DNA of 64,000 nt from Eledone cirrhosa (GCA_964016885.1 CAXHJY010001131.1:1-64000), one strand, 5' to 3'; shown: positions 30,476-43,203, counted from the first letter of the stretch. The notes: a model not told the origin generated them from the sequence alone. Numbers and translations are program-made.

Positions 30476-30480
30476 CCAGG

Positions 30481-30512
30481 GCAGAGAGAAAAAGAGAGAG
30501 ATTGTGTGAGCA

Positions 30513-30543
<31 letters not shown>

Positions 30544-30618
30544 GTAAGAGATTGTGTGTGAGAGAGTGAGGGCGAGTGAGAAAGAGAGTGAGCGAGAGAT
30601 TGTGTGTGATATATAGAA

Positions 30619-30650
<32 letters not shown>

Positions 30651-31122
30651 AGAAAGGGTAAGAAATTGTGTGTGAGAGAGTGAGGGCGAGTGAGAAACAG
30701 AGTAAGCGAGAGATTGTGTGTGATAGAGAGAGAGAGGGGGCAAGAGAGAAAGAGAGAGAAAGAAAGAATGAGAGGAATAGTGTCAGAAAGTGAAAGAGTG
30801 AGTGGAAGTAGAAAAGGAGCGAGAGAGAGAAAGAGGAAAGAGAGAGAAAGATTGGGTAAGGGAGTGTGAAAGAAAGAGAGGAAAAGTGTGAGAGTATTTA
30901 AGGAGATAGGGAGAGAGCAAGGGAGAGAAGAAAGAGAGACAGAAGTAACAGAGTGAAAGAATGAGGGAGAGAGAAAAAAATAGATTTGAGGGTGTGAAAC
31001 ACAGAGAGAGAGAGAGAGCGCGATGAAACGGAAAATGAGAGACAAAGAGAGATATTGAAACGGAAAGAGGGTAAGCCGGAGAGAGAATGAAAGAGAGGAG
31101 GGAAGACAGGGAGATAGAGAGA

Positions 31123-31185
<63 letters not shown>

Positions 31186-31615
31186 GAGACCTAGAGAAAA
31201 AGAGAGAGTTGGAGAAAGTGTAGAAAATTTGAGTGAGTGCAATGAAGAGAGAGAGAGAGAGAGAGTAAGAGAGTAAGCAAGTCACGGGAGAGGTAGAGAA
31301 AGATATATAAATAAAGAGAGAGAAAGAGAGAGAGAAATAGAGAGGGATGGGGAATATAAGGGTGTCATGAGAGAGAGAGAGAGGGAGGGAGAGAGAGGGT
31401 AAGAGAATCATGTGAGAGGGAGAGAAAAAAAATATATATAAAGAGTGAGAGAGAGAGAAAAAAGACAGAGGGAGGGAAAATAAGAGAGAGAGAGAGAGAG
31501 AATAATGATAAAAAGAAGAGTTATGAAAAAAGTGGGAGGGGAATAGAATCGAAGTAGGAGGGGAGGACGAGGCGGAGGAAAATAGAGATAGATAGATAGA
31601 TAGAGAGGGTAGTAG
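30481..31615. repeat. ~1.1-kb polypurine (GA-rich) tract with an internal ~115-bp duplication
   Basis: Strongly purine-skewed + strand. gaaagggtaaga.attgtgtgtgagagagtgagggcgagtgagaaa occurs at about 30538 and 30653. Confidence 0.9.
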
Positions 31616-31773
31616 TGATTATATAGGTTTTGTAAAGAGGTGAGAAATTGTAACAGGGAGAGAATGTAATAAATACATGAGAGGCCGGGAAGGTCTGATT
31701 AAGATATATAATAAAGAGATAGATAAATAATTAGAGAGAATGAGAGTGGGAGAGAGAGGCGGAAAATGGGATA

Positions 31774-31848
<75 letters not shown>

Positions 31849-32106
31849 GGAGAAAGGAAGGAAGAAGGGAGAAAGATGAAGGAATGAGAGAAAGACTAAT
31901 AAATATTGTAGAAATAAGTAACGGTACATAAGACAAACATAGACACACACAAACTAACGTATTTCTGTGTTTATAGTTACATATATATATATATACACAC
32001 ACACATATATATATATAAACATATATATATATATATATATATAAGAATATATATATATATAAACACACACACATATATATATATATAAACATATATATAT
32101 ATAAGA

Positions 32107-32137
<31 letters not shown>

Positions 32138-32337
32138 TATATATATATATAAACATATATATATATATATAAGAATATATATATATATATATACACACAT
32201 ATATATATATATACATAAACATATATATATATAAGAATATATATATATATATACATACACACACACATATATATATATACATATTTATATGCATATATAC
32301 ATGCACATATGCATATTATGCATATATATATATATAT

Positions 32338-32535
32338 AGGAACGAGTAGGACCCCGACGGCTGAGCTCAAGCCGTTTCGACGGCTAATTCTGGACAGAAT
32401 TAGCCGTCAAAACGGCTTGAGCTCAGTCGTCGGGGTCCTACTCGTTCCTATTACCCACTCTACTACCCTAAGTATTGAGTACTTTGGTGCGTTATGGTTC
32501 CTTACCACATTTCCTTCGTTATATATATATATATA

Positions 32536-32589
<54 letters not shown>

Positions 32590-32775
32590 AATATATATAT
32601 ATATGTATATATAGTCTTTTAGTCGTTGATCTTAGGGTAGTAGAGTGGGTAATAGGAACGAGTAGGACCCCGACGGCTGAGCTCAAGCCGTTTCGACGGC
32701 TAGTTCTGGACTTTCTGGGTCCAGAACTAGCCGTCGAAACGGCTTGAGCTCAGCCGTCGGGGTCCTACTCGTTCC

Positions 32776-32778
<3 letters not shown>
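32338..32778. mobile_element. Two HHR family B fold-back copies, tail to tail across (TA)n
   Basis: Palindromes at 32336-32451 and 32652-32778. The latter has ~60-bp perfect arms with GAAAC ggc ttgagctca gcc GTC ggggtc on each strand. Confidence 0.8.
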
Positions 32779-32806
<28 letters not shown>

Positions 32807-32847
32807 GTATATATATTTATATATATATGTATATATACATATGTATA

Positions 32848-33008
32848 TAATTATATCTCATAAAATAATACAACTGGCTTTCCACAAAATACATTTAGTT
32901 AGCACCCCAAACACTTAAATTGGGTTTATACTAACATATAACCAAATGTTTGTTGAGTGAGATGGTTACCAGTCGGAGTTTAGCTTTAAGCTATCTCTGT
33001 TATTGTAT

Positions 33009-33010
<2 letters not shown>
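32848..33010 (+). repeat. Unclassified ~160-bp dispersed repeat (second copy 37786-37950)
   Basis: aattatatctcat..aaataatacaactggctttccacaaaatacat.tagttagcaccccaaac...tctctgttattgtatt in both copies, each ending in (TA)n. Confidence 0.8.
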
Positions 33011-33059
<49 letters not shown>

Positions 33060-33060
33060 T

Positions 33061-33154
<94 letters not shown>

Positions 33155-33231
33155 AAGCGTAAACCTCTTCAAATGAAGTCGGTGTTATTACGGTATGTCG
33201 AATCTATTTATCTATAAAACTGTTTATATTG

Positions 33232-33297
33232 TATTTTGTCTGATGAAGGCATAGCATATTGTTAATATGATATCCCCGAAATATATATAATGAAATA
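33232..33297 (+). ncRNA. Minimal type I hammerhead ribozyme fold (family D)
   Basis: tattttgt CTGATGA aggcatagcatatt gtt aatatgatatcccc GAAA tatata TA atgaaata, followed by the family D tail aatatggttttataaatatagttt. Confidence 0.7.
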
Positions 33298-33584
33298 AAT
33301 ATGGTTTTATAAATATAGTTTTCCATTTATTTAATATATATATATATATATATTTAATATATATATATATATATATACCTGTACATATCCATGTTGTAGA
33401 AGAAAAAGTATACCTGTACATATGTGTCTTGCTTCCCCTGAATGTGTCTGTGTGCATATGATTGTTTATAAGTGACATGTGTTTACGTGTCTGTCTGAGT
33501 CTCTGTGAGTTTGTGTGTGTGTGAGCGTATGTGTGTGCATGTGTGTGTGTTTATGTGCATGTGTGCGCGTGTGTGTGTGTGTGT

Positions 33585-33616
<32 letters not shown>

Positions 33617-33634
33617 TTATGTGTATGTGTGCGC

Positions 33635-33722
<88 letters not shown>

Positions 33723-35123
33723 ATGCGGGAGAATTAAGTTTGGAAAAGTTGAGAGAATCTTGGTGTCGTTTGAATTCGAAAGAAAAGTTTGGAAACAACA
33801 AAAGGACGAGAAAGAAGTAGTGAGTGACAGGATGAGGAATGGTTAGTGGTGAGATACGGGTGGGATAAGGGTGGAATAAGGGTGAAATAAGGGTAGACTT
33901 TGTTAACGTTGTGATGTACCCGCTTTTAGTCTGCTGGGAGTGGTGTTGGTGGTAGTGGTGGTGTTAATGTTGGAAGTGTTGTGGTGTTTGTGTTGACATT
34001 GTTGTCTTTATTGTTGATGGTGCTAATGGTATTAGTGATGGTCTAGGTACTAGTACTGGTGGTGTAGTCGTATTGGTGGTGTTGGGGTGGTGTTGAGGTG
34101 CCGGTGGTGTTGAGGTGCTGGTGTTATTGTGGTATTAGTGTTGTTGTGGTACTGGTGGTGTTGTGATATTGGTGTTATTGTGGTGATGGTGTGAGTATTA
34201 GTGGCGTTAGTGGTGCTGGTATTGGTGATAGTAGTGGTGGCGTTAGATATAAATGTAGGGCTAACAGTTCCTTGAATTATGTTAAGCTAGAATAGCTAGA
34301 ATACATGCAGCCGTGTGTATGCATGTATGTGTATATATACACCTGAGCCAGAATATATATATATATATATATATATGGTGAACAGTTGAATTCCACTACT
34401 ATAGGCTTTCTGATGAAGTGTAATAAATGATTAAGTATTGCATATGATTGAACAATATATATTGTATTCAGCATATGTAGACAATTTATAATAGACACAG
34501 AAACATATGTCAAAACAAATAAATTCGTAATCTCTTCACGTTGACGTTTTATTTTTCTTGGTGCAATACCTGCTTATATATATATATAGATGATATACAC
34601 TGGGTAGTTTTCCCTGTTTTATTGATGGCACACTCTCTCTTTAGTGAGTTACCTTTTCAACATATTGTATATATATATATATATAAATGTGTGTGTGTAA
34701 ATAAACATAGGAGCGTCGATTGAGTTGAAATGCTTAGAACATATTGGAGCGCCAATTGAGTTGAAATGCTTAGAAAATGTAGAAAATCTCAAATGGGGGA
34801 AGTTAGCTGGGAACACAACTCGGGATAAAATACCCCTATAGACCATAAAAGTGGCCAGCAGCTACAGAAAATCGAAGTTTGTACCCTTCAAATTCTCCCT
34901 GCGTGCTCTGTATCCGATTTTCTAAGTTGTGTTCACAGGTATCTTCCTGCGTTTGAGATTTTTTACATTCCTACACCGTTAAAATTTATTTTAAAGTATT
35001 GGAGAATTACGCCTTCATTTTTTTTTTTTTTTTTTTGTGTGTGTTGGTCCTTCAATATTTAGCTCCCTTTAATTTCCTTAGACTACATTTAAGAACTAAA
35101 TTACTTCTCTTAATTTTCCTCAC

Positions 35124-35202
<79 letters not shown>

Positions 35203-36127
35203 TCTTTATAAAATAGCTTCAGTCATTACACTGCGGCTATATGCTGGAGACCCACTTTGGTTCAGTCGCAAGTCCATTTCCTTTTCACGTATGGTACTTA
35301 TTTTGTCGAACAGCTAGTACGTCAGAGGTCTTTCGTCACACTTTCTGTGACATCCTCAATGACTATTAAATTACATCTGTGCTTCCTCGTATATATATAG
35401 TTCAAGAATAAACGAGACAATTACAGAGATACAAAAACAATCTTGTAAGGTTCAGGCGTTTAATCCTTACAATTGTTTCGGTACGTATTTGATATAACGT
35501 ATAGTTACTTCTTGTGTCACACACACACACACCACATATACGCATACATAAACACACATATATATATATATATGTATATATAGTAGAGAAAGAGAGAGAA
35601 GTACGTTAGATATACAAATACAAATTTATCGTACCTATTTGAGTTTGTGTGTGTTTGTATGTGCGTGTGTGCGTATGTATGTGTATATGTGGGCGTGCGT
35701 GATTTTGTGCGTGTTTCGGTGTGTGCGTGTGTGTTTGTGTGTGTGTGTTTAAGTCAAGATCTAGTGTGGCTGAAGTTGTTAAACGGGTGTTAAGAAAAAG
35801 ATTTTATATATACAGCGGTGGTGTTGTTGTTGGTGGTGGTGCTGGTGGTGGTAGTGGTGGTGGTGGGGATTGATATGGTGTTGGTGGTGGGGATAGAGGA
35901 AAAGGGGGTTAGAGACGATAAGAGAAGTATGTCAGTATAAATTTATGTGTACGTAGACCAGATACACACACACATTCTCGCCTACATTTACACACACACA
36001 CACACACACAGACATATTCGTACTTACATGCAAATGCACATATTTATACACTTACACACACTGAAATACACACAGACACACAGACACACACATATATATA
36101 TATATATTTATAGTTTTAATATAGATG

Positions 36128-36178
36128 AGATTCTACAGGACTAGAACTGTTTCATTCTTTAGAAATCATCAGGAATCT
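36128..36178 (-). ncRNA. Type I hammerhead ribozyme fold (family A), complete
   Basis: Minus strand reads agattc CTGATGA tttctaaagaat GAAA cag ttctagtc ctg TA gaatct. Confidence 0.75.
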
Positions 36179-36204
36179 GATTCCTGATGAAATCATCAGG
36201 AATC

Positions 36205-36255
36205 AGATTCCTGATGATTTCTAAAGAATGAAACAGTTCTAGTCCTGTAGAATCT
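36205..36255 (+). ncRNA. Type I hammerhead ribozyme fold (family A), complete
   Basis: agattc CTGATGA tttctaaagaat GAAA cag ttctagtc ctg TA gaatct. 6-bp stem I, GUA triplet; family tail continues to about 36340. Confidence 0.75.
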
Positions 36256-36338
36256 CATCTATATTAAAACTTTTATACTCTGCAATGTATTGAGTACCTT
36301 ACTTACTGTGGTTACCTCCGACTCAACCCGGAATAACG

Positions 36339-36423
<85 letters not shown>

Positions 36424-36914
36424 AATTTGTTGTATACACTCTAGTAATATATGGAGTAACTTACTTACTGAGGTTAGCCCCGATTGAACCCAAGACTCAT
36501 ATATACACACACACATATATATACATATATATATACATGTGTGTGTGTGTGTGTGTTGATGTTTTCTTCACCCACTTAATCCTGTGAGGGCGGGCGTGGA
36601 GGGTGTGTACCCAGACACGCCTTGCTGGAGGTCTTCAGAGAAGCAACCCTCATCAAATGATCCGGCTGCATCGTCAAGCGAGACCAACTCATGCCAGTAA
36701 AATCTATCCAGCGATTCTGTATTTAGACATTCCATGCCCGTAGCAGCAGCAGCTCGGCCTTGATTCACTCTCTGATTTGGGACCTAGGTACTCCATTGAC
36801 CGTTTGGAGGGACCTCATTTCGATTACTTGTATTCACGATCGTATTTTCACGATATTGGTCAAGATTCATGGGCATGGTACCGAAGCGAACATAGCTAGT
36901 TTGGCTTTTGCACT

Positions 36915-36962
36915 TTTATATCTGACGATGTTGCAGATGTGCAACGAAAGATCTTTGTTAGA
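36915..36962 (+). ncRNA. Minimal hammerhead fold with degenerate stem I
   Basis: CTGACGA t gttgca gatg tgcaac GAAA gatc TT. Perfect 6-bp stem II and palindromic AAGATCTT; ends just before a short (TA)n. Confidence 0.5.
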
Positions 36963-37468
36963 CTATATATATATATGTGTTTGTGTCCATATTGTGTCTG
37001 TATTTTTGACCGTTGGTCAATCAATGGTAACATTGAGGACCGAATAAATTAAAATAACCGATATAAAAGACACAGAAGCGAAAACCAACCAATCAGTGAG
37101 TATGTTCTGTTATTAATTCTGGCAATATTATTACACAAATATGGCCCTCCCCAAGTATATATATATGTTTATCGACTTTTGATTTTTAATATATGCTTGG
37201 TTCTATCTTTAGAATCTTTGAGCTTTGTCTACAGGTGGTTTGACGCTTGTCCGTGATTTTCTCAGACATGACTTCTATGATTTTGTTAGTATTAGAGAGT
37301 CGGACATGCTTTCCAGCATAGTTACGTCCCTTTACGATCTGAGTTCAAATCCGGTCGAGGTTAATTTTGCCTTTCATCCTTACGGGGTCGATAAAATAAA
37401 GTACCAGTAATGTACTGGGTAATTGCTAGCCTTGTGCCTAAAATAGAAACAATTATATATATAAATAT

Positions 37469-37510
<42 letters not shown>

Positions 37511-38972
37511 GTGTGTGTCTGTGTGTATTTCAGTATGTGTAAGTGTGTAAGTGTATAAATATGTGCATTTGCATGTAAGTACGAATATGTGTGTATGTGT
37601 GTGTAAATGTACACATAAATTTATATAAATAAATATATATATATATGTGTGTGTGTGTGTATATATTACTGAAGGACACAACGCATCACCCGGTCCGAGA
37701 ATCGAACTCACAATCTCATTATTGCAAGGCCAATGCTCTAACCACTAAGCCATGTGCCTGGAAAGAGAGATATATTTTAATTTTAATTATATCTCATATA
37801 AAATAATACAACTGGCTTTCCACAAAATACATATAGTTAGCACCCCAAACATTAAATTAGGATTATACTAAGGTATATCCTAATGTTTGTTGAGCGAGAT
37901 GGTAGCCAGTCAGAGTATAGCTTAAGGCTTTCTCTGTTATTGTATTGTATATATATATATATATATATATATTCTGGCAATATTACGCAAATATGACCCT
38001 CCCCAATTATAACAATCCGATGCCTTAATTTGACCATTACAGCACAATGTACCTACATTAAATTTACTATAGAATTTTCAATATAAGCTGGCCTTGTGTT
38101 TAAACGGAGAGTGAAGCGATCGCCAGATCTGACAAAGAAACAATGTTTCTATTGACATTATTGGTGATATTTATTGGTGGGTTGGCAGTATCGGTAGAGG
38201 GTCGGACGCCGTGCTTTGCAGCCTAGAGTTACACCCCTTTATAGTCTGAGTTCAAATCCCGCCGAGGTTAACTTTGCCTTTCATCCTTACGGGGTCGATA
38301 AAATAAAGTGCCAGTAATGCACTGGGTAATTGCTGGCCTTGTGCCAAACGTAGAAACAATTTTTGGTGATATTTATTATCTAAAAGTTGCAAGTTCTTGC
38401 AGAAGTAGACTGGGTTTGAACTTATAACTCCCAGGCTTGTTTCAGATGAATTCCACCAATCCTCTGCCACTGGACTGGAACTTTGTTTATCGAGAGAGAT
38501 AGAGAGTAGCAGCAATGAAGGAGTGGGAAGAAAAACGGAAAGAAAGTAAGAAAGAAATGAACAAATAAAGAAAGGGTGAAAGAAAGAGAGAAAGAATGGA
38601 AGAAAGAGAGAGAGAAAGAAAGAAATACAGAAAGAGAGAAAGAAAGAAAGAGAGACAGACAGAAGGAATCGAGGAAGAAGTTTTACTTTTAGTTTGCGGT
38701 TACTTTTTTGGTTGTGGTAATGTATGGTGGAGGTAATAGTGATGGTGGTGGTGTGGTGGTGATGGTTGGAGTTGGTGGCGGGGGATGTCGGAGTGGAGGC
38801 GGAGATGGGGGTGGGGTGGAGTTGGCGGTGGAGGTGTCGGAGTGGGGGGGGGGGCGTCGGTGGTGATGGTGGTGTAGATTGTAATGGCTGATTGTTGCCT
38901 GGCTGATGGCGGTGTATGTTGTGGTGGATAACGTCGCCACCGCCTCCGCCGATCACATTTATTCGAATGCAC

Positions 38973-39010
<38 letters not shown>

Positions 39011-39156
39011 GGCATACACACAGATACACACGCACACATATACAGACAGATACACACACACACATAGAGGCATGACCAGTGCATCAAAATTCTCGACTAC
39101 CCATCCCCCTATAAAAAATCACTTTCGCTGTTAAGCACTGATTGCATGCATGTTCG

Positions 39157-39192
<36 letters not shown>

Positions 39193-39344
39193 GCAGTAGT
39201 AGTAGTAGTAGTAGGAGCAGGAGGAGTAGTTGTTGTTGTTGTTGTGCTGCTGCTCAAACATTCTGTTGTTCCGCTGTTCTCGTTTGTTGTTTTCTTCTCA
39301 GATACACACGTACACATTTACACACACACACACACACATATGTG

Positions 39345-39424
<80 letters not shown>

Positions 39425-39567
39425 TATGTATATAAATATGTGTGTATATGCATTTGCTACTATAGCAAGCGTTAAATTAATACATTTCTTCAATATACAG
39501 TGTCGTTTGTTTTCTTCTTTCTGTTTACGTTTTGTATATATATTTATATATATATATATATATATAA

Positions 39568-39688
39568 CGAAGGAAATGTGGTAAGGAACCAGGTGGACCA
39601 AAGTACTCAATACTTACGGTAGTAGAGTGGGTAGAATTAGCCGTCGAAACGGCTTGAGCTCAGCCGTCGGGCTCTTACTTGTTCCTAT
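39568..39688. mobile_element. HHR family B copy (inverted tail plus HHR 3' half)
   Basis: cgaaggaaatgtggtaaggaacc...gtagagtgggt | agaattagccgtcGAAACggcttgagctcagccGTCgggctc. Confidence 0.7.
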
Positions 39689-39704
39689 ATATATATATAT
39701 ATAT

Positions 39705-39754
<50 letters not shown>

Positions 39755-39757
<3 letters not shown>

Positions 39758-39804
39758 TTCTACAGGACTAGAACTGTTTCATTTTTGAGAAATCATCAGG
39801 AACC
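39755..39804 (-). ncRNA. Type I hammerhead ribozyme fold (family A variant) within fold-back element 39753-39915
   Basis: Minus strand reads ggttc CTGATGA tttctcaaaaat GAAA cag ttctagtc ctg TA gaagcc. Confidence 0.6.
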
Positions 39805-39914
39805 GCTGATGAAACAGTTCCAGTCCTGTAGAAGCCGTTTCTATATTAAATATTTACACTCTGCTATGTATTGAGTACATTACGGTAGTTACCCCCGATT
39901 GAACCCGGGATAAA

Positions 39915-39950
<36 letters not shown>

Positions 39951-40001
39951 GGAATAGTACACATCCATATACATACGTCTGTGTGTGTATATATGTATGT
40001 A

Positions 40002-40308
40002 TGGTTAAGAGAGTGGGACTGGCTTTGTGCAGTGCCTTTGCTCACTATAAAAGCTTCACGGCACAGGCATTGCTTTTTATCTGGAGATCTCTCTGCACTT
40101 GCCATCACATGGTACCATGGGCCCAGCACTATGTGTCAATAGTTATCACAAGTGTAGTGTTTGTACCAGAGTGTTCAAGTCGCTGGCTGCACTAAAAAGT
40201 CACACTCGTTCAGCGCATCGGTAGGGGTTCTCCTACATGGATATAAAGTAGTGGCCGTACTCGAAAACGAGTTGGCAGCCACCATGTATGTATGTATGTA
40301 TGTATGTA
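40002..40308 (+). mobile_element. RTE-like LINE 3' end with C2H2 zinc-finger remnant and (TATG)n tail
   Basis: 40150-40224 translates to KCSVCTRVFKSLAALKSHTRSAHR*. Closely similar inverted copy at 58334-58617. Confidence 0.6.
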
Positions 40309-40914
40309 GGCATGATGGCCTCTATCTATATATGTATGTCTAGTAGTGGAGTCGTGTCAATGTGCAGGTCAGTCACACAGTGACGAAACGTTTGATATCA
40401 AGAAATAAATTATAAATGCCGAACAAGATCGCCGATCTCATTTGCTTACCGGGCGGGGTGGAATTCGTCAAATCAAACCAAGGAAACAATGTTACCCTTG
40501 GTCTTTCCTTTACTGATACTATCTACCGGTCGCAACTCCTGGTAGCAAGACCGAAAGTCCAACGTGAAATAAAGTGTCTTTTTCAAGAACATAACGCATC
40601 GCTCGATCCAGGAATCGAATTTGCAACCTTATGGCTGCTAATCTAACTCTCTAACCTCTAAATCACGCGCATTCACAATGAGAAATGTAAAGCGAATTTC
40701 TTGTTTTTGAATGGCTAAAACGACACTTTTACCAGATTTACAGTATAGAGTTCTTCTCTCATTGTCTACCCTTCTCTGGAAGAAATCTGCTGTGTTTAGA
40801 CCTGGAGAAGATTAGGTTCCGCCAAGTTTACAAATGCCCAAGTAACGCCGTTTGTCAATACAACGCCCCTACGATTCCCTCAGAAGCTATGGGACCATGC
40901 AACGTGCATAGTAT

Positions 40915-41186
40915 CAGGGACGGACTTAATGGGGCGCAAAGGGGGCTCCACCAGCGACGATGTTAGCAATTTATTTGCGCCCTCAGCTGAATTTTTTAGT
41001 ATTAGAATGGTTAGAATTTTTGAAATTAATACCTGCATATATAACTTTTCAATTCCAATTACTTACCCAAGTTAACTTAGATATGTAAATTTGGGAGGTT
41101 CACTGTATATTCTAATCTTTTGTGTATGAGGGGACCCATCCAAACCTGAAGTGCCCCAGGCCTCACTAGGTTTAAATCCAGCCCTG
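40915..41186. mobile_element. hAT-type MITE
   Basis: TIRs CAGGGACGGACTTAA / (rc) CAGGGCTGGATTTAA. 8-bp TSD catagtat / catagcat. Confidence 0.7.
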
Positions 41187-41679
41187 CATAGCATGGAGTA
41201 CGACGTTGAGTAATCCTCTTATTAGTCTTAGTAACAATCTATCTATATATTCATTTATATTTACTTAATCAATTTAAAGGTCCGCGTAGAGGTGGTAGCA
41301 CATAACAGACTTGGAAAGGTACTAATAAGTCTTATAATTGTTTCTAGATTTGGCACAAGGCTAGCAATTTGAAGGGGTGGAGAAAGTCGATTAAATTGAT
41401 CCCAGTTCATTACTGGTGCTATATTTTATCAACTCCGTAAGGAGGAAGAGCAAAGCTAACCTCGCAGGGTTTTGAACACAGAATTAGAAAACAAAACCAC
41501 ACACACATATATATATATACATATATATATGTATATATCTACACATGCATACACATACATACATACATACATATATGCATACATATATATACATATAAAA
41601 TGTATATATCTACACATGCATACACATACATACATACATATATGCATACATATATATACATACATACATGTATGTATGT

Positions 41680-41995
41680 TTTCTCTTTCTCTTAATTTCG
41701 AGTATATTTTTTTGACCGGCCACCTTCCTGGTGGCAAGGTTGTAAAAGAAAAGAAATTGTCATCCCTTGAATCGCTAGAATGTTTTGCAAATTTTGAAGG
41801 TGCCAGCTATCGCAGCCATTTGTAGACTATGAATTAGGGAGCTGCGCTTTTTGTCCGCAAATCCAAGTTCAGTCATACTTTGGTCCAAACGGGTTGGTAT
41901 ATAACCCGTAGCACCAATAATGATGGGTATGAAGCTAAAGGGGTATTTTGGATACTGGATTTGTAAACTCCTCATCAATGGTCCGTAGATGTCCT
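41680..41995 (-). mobile_element. 5'-truncated R4/Dong-like RLE non-LTR retrotransposon
   Basis: ORF ...FSFIPIIIGATGYIPTRLDQSMTELGF...LQMAAIAGTFKICKTF resembles the xPIVIGALG...L..LG...Q...L.GT..I C-terminus of R4-clade proteins. (TATG)n on both sides. Confidence 0.65.
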
Positions 41996-42609
41996 ATGTA
42001 TGTATGTATGTATGTATGTATGCATGTTTTTATGTATGCATGTTTGTATGTATGTATATATATATGTATGTATGCATACATATATACATACATACATATA
42101 TATACATACATATATGCATACATATATACATACATACATGTTTACATACATATATATATATACATACATACATACATACATACATACATACATACATACA
42201 TACATACATACATACATACATACATACGTGCATGCACACATACATATATACATACATATATATACATACATACATGCATGCATCCATACATATATACATA
42301 CGTAAGATTCTGTCATAAGGAAGTGACAGTTGGGTTTGTCTGTCTATTTGTCTGTCTGTATGTCTACCTATGTCTCTCCCTGTTTAACACACTAAGAGAC
42401 AGACAGTCAGCCAGACAGACTGACTAACTGACTCACAGATCGTTCAACAGACACACAGACAAACCTCTACTGCAGCCTGCATGTAGCATGAGACAACAAC
42501 AGACCACTTCTTGACAATAGAGAGCTTGCAGTGACCAGGGACAAACAAAAGTTGGAAAATTGCAGAAAGGATGAAGTTAGTATTGAGATAAATAGCGAGA
42601 GAGAGAGAG

Positions 42610-42734
<125 letters not shown>

Positions 42735-42768
42735 TATATATATATATATATATATATTTATTTATATT

Positions 42769-42832
<64 letters not shown>

Positions 42833-42838
42833 AATATA

Positions 42839-42884
<46 letters not shown>

Positions 42885-42936
42885 AATATATATTTATATA
42901 TATATATATATATATTTATTTATATATATATCTATT

Positions 42937-43019
<83 letters not shown>

Positions 43020-43106
43020 ATTTATATATATATAAATATATATTTATATATATATAAATATATATTTATATATATATAAATATATTTATATATATATATA
43101 AATATA

Positions 43107-43203
<97 letters not shown>

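Noticed and set aside
34410-34460. CTGATGA as a hammerhead core (also CTGAAGA at about 49685 and CTGACGA at about 12784)
   Set aside because: No compatible stem II, GAAA, stem III and stem I arrangement could be drawn.
35425-35500. Possible HHR 3' half on the minus strand (cc GAAAC aatt GTA agg with an upstream tacgt/acgta hairpin)
   Set aside because: There is no CUGANGA and no second copy in the window. It is plausible but unsupported, so it is not listed as a feature.
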